A stretch of DNA of 40,238 bases, taken from positions 1 through 40,238 of the forward strand of contig DAOWHA010000053.1 of assembly GCA_030641665.1 (NCBI GenBank), written 5' to 3'. The notes beneath the pieces were generated by a model, which was given only the letters and a program-made list of their open reading frames with translations, was not told the origin of the DNA and searched no databases. Source of the DNA: a bacterium. GTDB taxonomy: Bacteria > Patescibacteriota > Patescibacteriia > JAACEG01. The position numbers and the translations under genes were made by a program. This document shows, piece by piece, positions 27,429 to 35,959 of this stretch; the first letter of the stretch is position 1; each line of letters opens with the position of its first letter.

Positions 27429-27448
27429 TATCAGGTATTTTTTTATAT
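27407..27448. terminator. Bidirectional terminator between the convergent GT-C and tmk genes
   Basis: Perfect 18-bp IR ATATAAAAAAATACCTGA-CTAATA-TCAGGTATTTTTTTATAT. Confidence 0.8.
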
Positions 27449-27454
27449 CAAAAT

Positions 27455-28132
27455 TTATTTAATTATTTTAATAATTTTTTTCCAGATTAATTCGTTTATT
27501 TTTTTGCGGGACATCATCTGTCTATTTTTTACGCATTCAATTAAAATAAAATCAGGAAAAGCGCTGGCGATTTTTAAATATACCTGTTCAGCATTTTTTA
27601 AATGCCCAATATCATCCTCATGAATATCGCGTTTTTTTTTATCTATATAATCTCGGCCTTCCTTTTCGTCAACTAATTTTTGTGCGATATCAGCGTCAAC
27701 ATGCAAAATGATATTTAGATCAGGGTGCGGAATTTTAAATATGCTGTATTCAAGATCGTACAGCCATTTTAAATATTTTTTTTGTTCGTTTTTATCCGCA
27801 ATTTTGCTTCCTTGATGCGCCATATTAGCGGCTACATAGCGGTTAGAGATTACGACTTTCCCTTCTTTGAGCCATTTTTTAATTTTAAAACTGGCATCAT
27901 ATCTGTCTGCGGCATAAAAAATAGAAGCTATGTAAGGTCCAACTTTCTTTGGACCTCCGTATTTGCCGTTTAAATATTCTTCAACTAAACCAGCCGACTT
28001 TGTTCCGTATTGGGGAAAATCTGCTATCTCAACCTGATACCCTAATTGTTTGAGCCGATTGATTATAATATTTACCTGCGTTGCTTTTCCCGATCCGTCT
28101 ATGCCGTCTATAATAATAAACTTTCCAGCCAT
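27455..28132 (-). CDS. tmk: Thymidylate kinase
   Basis: GKFIIIDGIDGSGKATQ, FPQYG, YAADR, SNRY, PDLNIILHV. Confidence 0.95.
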   Translation of the reverse strand: MAGKFIIIDGIDGSGKATQVNIIINRLKQLGYQVEIADFPQYGTKSAGLVEEYLNGKYGGPKKVGPYIASIFYAADRYDASFKIKKWLKEGKVVISNRYVAANMAHQGSKIADKNEQKKYLKWLYDLEYSIFKIPHPDLNIILHVDADIAQKLVDEKEGRDYIDKKKRDIHEDDIGHLKNAEQVYLKIASAFPDFILIECVKNRQMMSRKKINELIWKKIIKIIK

Positions 28133-28151
28133 ATTTGTATTAAATTAAATA

Positions 28152-30080
28152 TTATAAAATTATAACTTCATCTCCTTTTTCTAATCCAGACACGATTTCA
28201 ACCATGCTGTTATTTCCAATAATTCCAGTTTTTATTTTTCTGTCTTGAATTTTTTTGTTGATTAAAATTTTTACCATCTTTTTATTTTCTTCATTATTAA
28301 AAATTGTATTTTGCGGAACAGTTAAAATATTATTTTTTTGAGCGATTATAATAGTTAAGCCGACCGGCATTCTAAATTGAATTATATTGCTGCTATATTC
28401 ATCTAAGGCGACTGTGATTTTTTTATTATTTTGGTCAATGGCGATTATTTCGCCAGCGCTTTTTTCTTCAAATTTTAAATTATTAGCAAAATCAAAAATC
28501 GTTTTTTGCCCGATTTTTATTTCATTTATATCAGATTCTAAAATCTTCGCTTCGGCAATAACTTGGGTGGAAATTGCGATTGCGAAAATTTGCGATGGAG
28601 AAATATCGTTGCCGATTTTAGTTTTAATATCTGTTATTATGCAGTTATTCGGAATTTTTAATTTTGTTCTGTTTAAATTTTCTTGCGCTAAAGATAAAAG
28701 ATCCTTTGTTTTATCTGATAGTTTTTTAAGATCAGCCATGTCAATTTTTACTTCATTGTTTTCTTTGATGGTTGCGAGATTTTTTTGTTTTTTATTAAGA
28801 TTTAATTCCGCTGTTTCAATTAAAAAATTATCATTCTTTTTTATTTTAACTAAATTTTCTTGCGCCGCCTTTAATTTTCTGTTTATTTCTTGATTATTAA
28901 AATCAATTTCATCATATTCGCCGCTGGATTTTTTTTGAGCTAACAATAAATTTTTTTCAGTTGACGCCAATAATTCCTTTTGGCTTTCTAATAAATCTAT
29001 TTTTTCGCTGTTTGCGTTTTTTCTGTTGTCAATTATTAATTTTAATTCATTTAATTCATTTTTTGTGAATATTTTTTTAATATCATCCTTTGGTCTTAAA
29101 ACAGGATCGTATGTTTTTGAATTGTTTAATAAAATTCTAGTTTTAAATAGAAGGTTGTCAGCAGACAACAAAAGCACTTCTGCCGATTTTATTGTTGGCG
29201 TAATGTTAAGCTTTTCTTTCGCTTCTTTTTCTAATTCAACTGCTGATTTTTCAATATCAAATTCGCTATTTTTGTTTTCATTTAATAAATTAAAATTATT
29301 GCTAACTTCAGAATAATCATTTTTAGCTTGCTCATAAGCCAATTTAGCGTTTTTAAATACGCCTCTTTTTAAAACTCCTAAATATTCTTCAAATTGATCA
29401 TTGGCTTCTTTATTGTCAATCCCTAAAATATTGTCGGTTTCAATTAAAGTAGATGAACTGATTAATAAAATTTCCTCAACCGTTTCTGTTAATAATCGCT
29501 GATTTTTTTTAATTTCCTCCTCGCCTTTATCCGCAATTTCATCTATTTTTTGTTTAGCGCTTAAAAGGTCTGCATCGCTGGAAGTTAAAAGATTTTGCAA
29601 GTTTTGGATTTTTAATTCCTCTATTTTTATGTTTCTTTCGCTTGATCCCATTAGCGCGCTTAATTTGACTTCCTCTATCTTTATCTCTAAATTTGTTAAT
29701 TTTATGCTGAATTCCTTAACCTCTTTTTCTGTTAACGAATTTATTATTCTTAAATTATTATCAGCCCTCTCTAATAATAATTTTGCTTCGGACAGATGTT
29801 TTTTTTCTTGTTCTGCTTCTAATTCAGCCAAAACATCGTTCATTTTAATTTCATCTCCTGTTTGAAAATTTATTTTTTTTATTTTTCCGCTTGCGTCAAA
29901 ATAGAGGTCGCTGATTAAGTTTGAAACGACAAATCCGTTTGCAGAAACTGAACTTATAATATCGCTTTTTTTAACCGTAAAAGTATTATAATCTTTTTTA
30001 AAAATAAAATCTTTTCCAAAAAAAACAGCAGCGAATAAAACAGCAATAATAACAATAAATTTTAGCAATTTGGATAACAT
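28152..30080 (-). CDS. HlyD/RND-type periplasmic adaptor with very long coiled-coil
   Basis: N-terminal TM; SGKIKKI..GDEIK lipoyl half; ESDINEIKIGQ; LTVPQ; KTGI...VEIVSGLEKGDEVI. Confidence 0.85.
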   Translation of the reverse strand: MLSKLLKFIVIIAVLFAAVFFGKDFIFKKDYNTFTVKKSDIISSVSANGFVVSNLISDLYFDASGKIKKINFQTGDEIKMNDVLAELEAEQEKKHLSEAKLLLERADNNLRIINSLTEKEVKEFSIKLTNLEIKIEEVKLSALMGSSERNIKIEELKIQNLQNLLTSSDADLLSAKQKIDEIADKGEEEIKKNQRLLTETVEEILLISSSTLIETDNILGIDNKEANDQFEEYLGVLKRGVFKNAKLAYEQAKNDYSEVSNNFNLLNENKNSEFDIEKSAVELEKEAKEKLNITPTIKSAEVLLLSADNLLFKTRILLNNSKTYDPVLRPKDDIKKIFTKNELNELKLIIDNRKNANSEKIDLLESQKELLASTEKNLLLAQKKSSGEYDEIDFNNQEINRKLKAAQENLVKIKKNDNFLIETAELNLNKKQKNLATIKENNEVKIDMADLKKLSDKTKDLLSLAQENLNRTKLKIPNNCIITDIKTKIGNDISPSQIFAIAISTQVIAEAKILESDINEIKIGQKTIFDFANNLKFEEKSAGEIIAIDQNNKKITVALDEYSSNIIQFRMPVGLTIIIAQKNNILTVPQNTIFNNEENKKMVKILINKKIQDRKIKTGIIGNNSMVEIVSGLEKGDEVIIL

Positions 30081-30108
30081 ATCTATATAATTGAATTTTG
30101 AAACCCTC

Positions 30109-30285
30109 TGTCTTTGCGAGGAGTTGAATGAGCGTAGCGAATGAGGTGCGACGAAGCAATCTCATTACTGAGCAGAAAAAACTGTGATTATAGTTCCTAC
30201 TGCTTAAGTAATGGGATTGCTTCGTCGCTCTCTCTCACTGCGCCCGCCGCCGCGGTCTGCGTTCGTTTGGCTCCCCGCAAAGACA
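30109..30285. repeat. Fold-back element family A, copy 3 (with 19-nt insert)
   Basis: TGTCTTTGCGAGGAG...CTCCCCGCAAAGACA; long inner stem CGACGAAGCAATCTCATTACTGAGCAG / CTGCTTAAGTAATGGGATTGCTTCGTCG. Confidence 0.9.
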
Positions 30286-30320
30286 AAAAGTTTAAAAAGC
30301 GCCAAAGTTTAGATATTAAA

Positions 30321-30752
30321 TTAAAACAGCCCTGTTGAGCCGAATTTTCCGCTGCCCCTTAAACTCTCTTGCATTTTATCATCAGTTAGAACCTCTTTGA
30401 TTTCAGGACGCTCTATTTTTTGAATTAACATCTGGGCGATTTTTTGCCCCTTTTTTATCTTATAAGTTTCATTTGATAAATTTATCATCAAGACGATAAC
30501 CTCGCCGCGATATCCAGCATCAACAACTCCAGCTAAAGTATGGATTGATCTGTTTGCAATCCCGCCTTTATCCCAAATCAATCCGGCATATCCTTTTGGA
30601 ATTTCCATTATAACTCCTGTTTTAATATTCACTTTTTTTCGCGGCTGAATTTCTAAATCCTCGCTGGAGTATAAGTCCATCCCGGCGTCATCACTATGCG
30701 CGAAAGTTGGCAGTTTCGCGTCAGGCGATATTTTTTTTATTTTCAGAAGCAT
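30321..30752 (-). CDS. dut: dUTP diphosphatase
   Basis: AGMDL, AGVVDAGYRGE, KIAQML, RGSGKFGSTG. Confidence 0.96.
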   Translation of the reverse strand: MLLKIKKISPDAKLPTFAHSDDAGMDLYSSEDLEIQPRKKVNIKTGVIMEIPKGYAGLIWDKGGIANRSIHTLAGVVDAGYRGEVIVLMINLSNETYKIKKGQKIAQMLIQKIERPEIKEVLTDDKMQESLRGSGKFGSTGLF

Positions 30753-30778
30753 ATTATTGCAATTAGATTAAACAGAAG

Positions 30779-31153
30779 TTATAAAATTTTTAAAATTCCA
30801 TATTTTTTAATTGTTGTCCAATCTTCGCCTATTTTACCGATTAAATGTCCGCCCTCAATAGATGTATTTAATGAAAGTTTTAATTTTTTGGATAATTTTT
30901 GTATATGGTTAAAAAATATATTTTCTGCATTTTTATTGATTGTAAAATTTTTACCGATATAAAAGATTAATACCCCTTTTTTATTTATAACACCTCTAAC
31001 AATTTTTTCAAACTTATTTCCATAACCTAAATCGTTAATCCATTTTTTATGCGATCTTTCGTCGTGTTTTTTAGCAATAAATAATTTATTATCAATAATA
31101 CAGAACATTCTTCTTGATTTATGATATTTTTTTTCACAAGTGTTATTATTCAT
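30779..31153 (-). CDS. Hypothetical protein
   Basis: 124-aa AT-rich ORF in operon between thyX and dut. Confidence 0.7.
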   Translation of the reverse strand: MNNNTCEKKYHKSRRMFCIIDNKLFIAKKHDERSHKKWINDLGYGNKFEKIVRGVINKKGVLIFYIGKNFTINKNAENIFFNHIQKLSKKLKLSLNTSIEGGHLIGKIGEDWTTIKKYGILKIL

Positions 31154-31163
31154 TGAATTAAAA

Positions 31164-32453
31164 TTATTTCTTAATTATATCCTGCGCGCCGCGGCGGATA
31201 TCCCAATCGTCTTTTTCCAAATCAGAATGCAATGTTAAAATCGGAAATTCTTTTTTAAGCGCAAAGTGCATTTTATGCGCAACTCTTCGCAATGTTGGAT
31301 GGACTAATTTTCCTGAGCGCAATTCTATCACATAAACAGCTGCAGGCAATCCGTAAGTTGTGCGGCACTGGACATTAAATCCCATCGCGATGTAATATTG
31401 CTTGATTTCATCGCTTGCCTCTAAATTGTCTATTTTTTTAATCTGATTTTGGATTATTTCTTCCGCCCTTTTTTTCACATCTGCTGGCAATTGCTCTAAA
31501 TACCAGCTGTTAAATTCTAAATCTGTTGTTAAAAGCGGCATTCTGCAAACGCCGTTTCTATGCCTTTGTATATCGCGGAAAGATCCGAAATCTAAAATAA
31601 AATTAAACGATATCAATCCCAGCTCAGTTAAAAAATGCGGCAAGTTAGTTTTAATCGGACGCGAAATTAAAAGTTTTTCATATTTTGCGAGTTCGCCAGA
31701 TCTGATATTAGTTGAAAAAGAAAAATTCGTTTTATTTTTTGGATTATAATAAAAAAATTTTTCAGTTGAGTATTTACGATATTTTTCTTGCTCCTCGTAA
31801 ATTTTATGGCTGAAACTGTTCGGATATTTTTCTTTTAATTTTTTTAGTATTTTATTCGCTATTTTTTTTGTTTCGTCTAATGGTCCATATTTCAATAAAC
31901 TTAATTTGTCATAAGCTTGCCTTAAGTTAGTGTGCCAACTTAACTGTGTTGTAATTCCCGCAGGAAGAAAAGCGCGCATAATGTCAAAAGTTCTTGCCTC
32001 AACCGCCTTATTATACATTTTTTTACATTCATCTTTTTTTTTAGGATAAATATTGGCAATGTGATTTTTAACCCCGCCTTGATTTTTTGTGTAAAATTCC
32101 ATCCATCGCGTCAAGATATCTTTTGATTGAGCGGTATTTATAGGATCTATTATTGGCTGTTTAGACATATCAATATAACGAGTGCTGGTTTCCTGTCCGC
32201 TATATAAAGGCCAGTCTTGTATCGCTTTGTCCGCCAAAATAGACACTTTTTCAATAAATATTGTCGTACTTCCGCAATCGGCTATGCTTTGATGTCCGTA
32301 TCCGACATAAAATTTTTCCATAAATTTTCCAGATCCTGACTTTTTTACTTTTTTTGCATGCTCTTCCGCGCTTTTAGGGCTGCGCGAATAAAGCGCTTGC
32401 ATCATCGCTGTGTCCTCAGGGCTGAATTCATCATAAATGAAAATGTTTGCCAT
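31164..32453 (-). CDS. thyX: FAD-dependent thymidylate synthase (tandem Thy1-domain type)
   Basis: YSRS, GYGHQSIA, QETSTRY, FDIMRAFLP, NLR, RDIQRHR. Confidence 0.9.
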   Translation of the reverse strand: MANIFIYDEFSPEDTAMMQALYSRSPKSAEEHAKKVKKSGSGKFMEKFYVGYGHQSIADCGSTTIFIEKVSILADKAIQDWPLYSGQETSTRYIDMSKQPIIDPINTAQSKDILTRWMEFYTKNQGGVKNHIANIYPKKKDECKKMYNKAVEARTFDIMRAFLPAGITTQLSWHTNLRQAYDKLSLLKYGPLDETKKIANKILKKLKEKYPNSFSHKIYEEQEKYRKYSTEKFFYYNPKNKTNFSFSTNIRSGELAKYEKLLISRPIKTNLPHFLTELGLISFNFILDFGSFRDIQRHRNGVCRMPLLTTDLEFNSWYLEQLPADVKKRAEEIIQNQIKKIDNLEASDEIKQYYIAMGFNVQCRTTYGLPAAVYVIELRSGKLVHPTLRRVAHKMHFALKKEFPILTLHSDLEKDDWDIRRGAQDIIKK

Positions 32454-32457
32454 ATAT

Positions 32458-33018
32458 TTAAAAATTTTTATACATTTTAGACGCAGTAGGTTTTTTATCT
32501 TTGTGATATTTGCTGTTCAATCCTTTTGAGCCGTAGGGATTTTCACAGGCAGAAGACAAATATTCAAAAGCCATTTGCGCTATCGGCATTTTATAATAAA
32601 GTTTTATCGGAAGCGACCCGGCGTTAAAAAGTTCTAAAGTCATTTTTAAGGAATTGCCAGGGTCAAGATATCCCGCAGTTGTATGGATAATAATCCCCAA
32701 TCTCCCGAGTGAACTTTTCCCTTCCAGCCGTCCGACAAGCCGATCGGAAACTCCTGTTTCCTCTGAAATCATTCCCAGCGCGAATTCGCTAGGGTGTAAA
32801 ATAAAAGGATTTTTTTCGTCTATGGTCATTTTTTTCATTAAATTTTCTGCCGGCTTTTTCACATCAATCACAAAATTTCTGCTAGTGTTAAACACTAAAA
32901 ATTCTTTATCCAGATGCAGATCAACGCTCGACGGCTGCAGGTTTTTTTTGTCAAACGGGTTAATAATAATTCCGCCTTTTTTTAATTCTTTTAAAATGTC
33001 CCTGTCTGAAAGTATCAT
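32458..33018 (-). CDS. dcd: dCTP deaminase
   Basis: MILSDRDI, QPSSVDL, EGKSSLGRLG, AGYLDPG, TLEL, IAQM. Confidence 0.95.
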   Translation of the reverse strand: MILSDRDILKELKKGGIIINPFDKKNLQPSSVDLHLDKEFLVFNTSRNFVIDVKKPAENLMKKMTIDEKNPFILHPSEFALGMISEETGVSDRLVGRLEGKSSLGRLGIIIHTTAGYLDPGNSLKMTLELFNAGSLPIKLYYKMPIAQMAFEYLSSACENPYGSKGLNSKYHKDKKPTASKMYKNF

Positions 33019-33087
33019 AAAATTATTATTTAAAACAGAGTAATTATAACAAAAAATTTAGGTAAAAGAAATTCGCGCTTTTTATTA

Positions 33088-34233
33088 TTAGTTACTGTTA
33101 AAAATTCCCACATATTCTTTATATATGTATGATTGTCCGTATTTAATATCTTTATTTTTAGGTGATAAAATACCAATTTTAATAAATCTATCAACAACGG
33201 TTTGCGCGCCAGCGCGAGTAAATCCTGTCCATTTCTGAATAACATTAATATTTACTATGGGCTGGCCGTAAAGTTTCGGTAAAACTAAACTGGCGCTTTC
33301 AGAAGCGCGCTTTCCAAATTTTTGAATTTTTAAAGTATTTTTGTCGCGCAATGAAGTTATCTTATCTACAATATCAATAGCTTCATTCGCAATTTCAATC
33401 ACGCCGTCAAGAAAAAAATCAATCCAATCATGCACATTGCCATTGTGATAGCCGAATAATTTTTCATAATATAGTTTTTGATGTTTTTTAAAATATGACG
33501 ACAAAAATAAAACCGGTTTTTCTAAATAGCCCTCTTTCCAAAAATAAAAAGTGATAAGCATTCTGCCTGTTCTGCCATTTCCGTCCAAGAATGGATGGAT
33601 AGTTTCAAATTGCGCATGAATCAGCCCCGCTTTAATTACGGTTGGCAAAGTATCGTTTGAATGTATAAATTTTTCTAGATCATTAAGGGCTCGTTGCATT
33701 TCATTAATAGACGGTGGAACAAACCGAGCATTATCTGGTCTAGTGCCGCCAATCCAATTTTGACTTTTACGGAATTCCCCCGGGTCGGAATAATGAGTGG
33801 CGCGGGCTTTATGCATAAGCTGTTTATGCAGTTCTCGTATAAATCTAAGCGCCATGGGAAAATTATCCGTCTCAACTCTTTTGATTCCGTAATTAAGCGC
33901 CTTGATATAATGCAAAATATCATCAACATCTTCCGGAATATTTGCCTTTATTTTTACATCAGCTTCAATCGCATCAATCATTGTTGCTCTGGTTCCTTCA
34001 ATTTGGCTTGAAGAAGCTGCGTCTTTTCTCAAATACATCAAGAGAAAAAAATCAGAATCAGGCAGAAGTTTGGTTATACCATCAAGTTTGCCGAGTAGTC
34101 GCGTGGCCTCGTTATCTTTTTTTAAAATTTTTGTATCAAAATTAAAATCCTCTTTTGGCGGAAACGGGTGAGGGACAAAAGCCTTAAATCCTTGTTTTTG
34201 TTCTACATTTAAACCTATTTTAATAATATTCAT
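33088..34233 (-). CDS. Fic/DOC family protein (Fic_N + Fic + C-terminal HTH-like region)
   Basis: SSQIEG inhibitory motif and HPFLDGNGRTGR catalytic motif. Confidence 0.95.
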   Translation of the reverse strand: MNIIKIGLNVEQKQGFKAFVPHPFPPKEDFNFDTKILKKDNEATRLLGKLDGITKLLPDSDFFLLMYLRKDAASSSQIEGTRATMIDAIEADVKIKANIPEDVDDILHYIKALNYGIKRVETDNFPMALRFIRELHKQLMHKARATHYSDPGEFRKSQNWIGGTRPDNARFVPPSINEMQRALNDLEKFIHSNDTLPTVIKAGLIHAQFETIHPFLDGNGRTGRMLITFYFWKEGYLEKPVLFLSSYFKKHQKLYYEKLFGYHNGNVHDWIDFFLDGVIEIANEAIDIVDKITSLRDKNTLKIQKFGKRASESASLVLPKLYGQPIVNINVIQKWTGFTRAGAQTVVDRFIKIGILSPKNKDIKYGQSYIYKEYVGIFNSN

Positions 34234-34255
34234 AGTTTATTTGCATTTTTATATA

Positions 34256-34310
34256 AATATATACAAAGTATAGCAGTTTGTATATATTAAGTCAAGCAAT
34301 GTATACAAAC
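34256..34310 (-). promoter_or_regulatory. Fic promoter with overlapping operator
   Basis: Minus-strand TTGACT (34295-90)-N17-TATACT (34272-67); perfect IR AATATATACAAA-N9-TTTGTATATATT (34256-34288); third half-site TATACAAAC at 34302-34310. Confidence 0.7.
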
Positions 34311-34432
34311 TTTTATTCATATATTCATAGTTCTATTATAATATAGAAATAAACCGTGAAAATTTAGCGATGAAATCGTAAAAATTTATTTTTATTATAT
34401 CACGAAAATATTGAAATTTAAAACCTGCTAAT

Positions 34433-35956
34433 TTATTCGGTTTTTGGTCTGTACTGCAGCGCTTCCGCTAAGTGGTGAGTTTCAATTTTGTCGCTGTCCG
34501 CTAGATCGGCGATTGTCCGCGCGATTTTTAGCATTTTAAAATATGATCGCGCGGACAGGTTAAACTGCCGCACTGCGTTTTTTAACAGTTCTAATCCGTG
34601 ATCCTGAATTTTGCAAAATCGCTTAACTTGATGCGAACTCATTTCCGCGTTAGTGAAAATATCCAAATCTTTAAACCGCGCGTTTTGCAGCTCGCGCGCT
34701 TTCTGCGTTCTTTCACGGACTTCAACTGAATTTTCAGCGAGTTTATCTGAAACCAACTTTTCAAGTTTGACTTTCGGCACTTCAATATGCAGATCTATCC
34801 TGTCAAGAAGAGGACCTGAAACTCGGCGCTGGTATTTTATTATCTGCGTCGGGGAACAGACGCATTCCTTGTCAGGGTCTGTCGCGTATCCGCAAGGGCA
34901 GGGATTTTGCGCCGCTGCCAAAATAAATTTAGCTGGAAATTCCAAACTCCCAGACGCCCGCGAAACCGTAACAACCCCGTCTTCTAACGGCTGGCGCAAA
35001 CTTTCCAAGACCTGCCTGTTAAATTCCGGAAATTCGTCTAAAAACAGAACACCGCGGTGCGCCATACTGATTTCTCCCGGCTTCGGCCATGTTCCGCCAC
35101 CGATTAAAGCCGCGCTGGACGCTGTATGATGCGGGCTTCTAAACGGACGAATGCTTATTAAAGGATTGCTGTGTGGCAGTTTTCCAGAGACGCTGTAAAT
35201 TTTAGTTACTTCCAACTTTTCATCAAGGGTCATTTCTGGAAGAATTGACGGCAGCGTCCGCGAAAGCAGGGTTTTTCCAGAGCCGGGAGGTCCTGCCATT
35301 AAAATATTATGAGCGCCTGCGGCCGTTATTTCTAATGCGCGTTTTGCGTATTCCTGTCCTCGGATATTTGCCATATCATAAGCGTAATTTTTGTTCGCGG
35401 TTAAACTTTTAAGTTCTTTTTGAAACGGGGCGATTTTGCTTATACCGCTTAAGTGTTCAATCAGTTCTGTTAAATTCGCAATGGGAATAATTTTTATATC
35501 TTTAATCAGGCACGCTTCAACAGAGTTTGCTTTTGGCAGATAAAGCGTGTCAAAGTCGCCATTTTTGCACATTAAAGCGATAGAAAGCGCGCCGTTTACT
35601 CCGCGCAAAGATCCGTCTAATGAAAGTTCGCCGATAAAAATTGATCTTTTTAGATCAATTCTGTTTTTAAAATTTATTTTAGACGCAAGCAGAACGCTGA
35701 TCGCTATCGGCAGATCATACGCTGGTCCTGCTTTTTTAATATCCGCTGGGGCTAAATTTACTGTTACTCTTGTTTGCGGAAAAGGCAGATGGCTGTTTTT
35801 AACAGCGGCGCGCACCCGTTCGCGCGATTCCTGAACCGCGGCATCAGGCAACCCAACAACAGTAAAACTGCCAAGCCCGCCGGCGATGTCAGCTTCAACT
35901 TCTATGGGCTCACAGTCCAATCCGATAACCGCCGCTGAAAAAATTTTTGAAGACAT
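34433..35956 (-). CDS. comM: YifB/ComM Mg-chelatase-like AAA+ ATPase
   Basis: VGLPDAAVQESRERV, NLAPADIKK, GPPGSGKT, FRSPHH, PGEISMAHRGVLFLDE, NPCPCG, SGPLLDRID. Confidence 0.95.
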   Translation of the reverse strand: MSSKIFSAAVIGLDCEPIEVEADIAGGLGSFTVVGLPDAAVQESRERVRAAVKNSHLPFPQTRVTVNLAPADIKKAGPAYDLPIAISVLLASKINFKNRIDLKRSIFIGELSLDGSLRGVNGALSIALMCKNGDFDTLYLPKANSVEACLIKDIKIIPIANLTELIEHLSGISKIAPFQKELKSLTANKNYAYDMANIRGQEYAKRALEITAAGAHNILMAGPPGSGKTLLSRTLPSILPEMTLDEKLEVTKIYSVSGKLPHSNPLISIRPFRSPHHTASSAALIGGGTWPKPGEISMAHRGVLFLDEFPEFNRQVLESLRQPLEDGVVTVSRASGSLEFPAKFILAAAQNPCPCGYATDPDKECVCSPTQIIKYQRRVSGPLLDRIDLHIEVPKVKLEKLVSDKLAENSVEVRERTQKARELQNARFKDLDIFTNAEMSSHQVKRFCKIQDHGLELLKNAVRQFNLSARSYFKMLKIARTIADLADSDKIETHHLAEALQYRPKTE

Positions 35957-35959
35957 AAA

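Noticed and set aside
15251-30285. CRISPR array or integron attC array
   Set aside because: Repeats are dispersed and 140-180 bp long, with no regular spacers, no cas or intI gene, and no clear RYYYAAC/GTTRRRY ends.
30141-30338. Short ORFs at 15059-15307, 24198-24392 and 30141-30338 sharing (R/C)DEAI-like or complementary peptides
   Set aside because: They are translations of the family A palindromic repeat, not a protein family.
34226-34332. 12-bp duplication ATATTCATAGTT of the Fic start region
   Set aside because: Too short and AT-rich to support alone, although it would fit the gene-start scar pattern.
34433-35956. comM interrupted by a mobile element
   Set aside because: The ORF is intact at 507 aa with all expected motifs.
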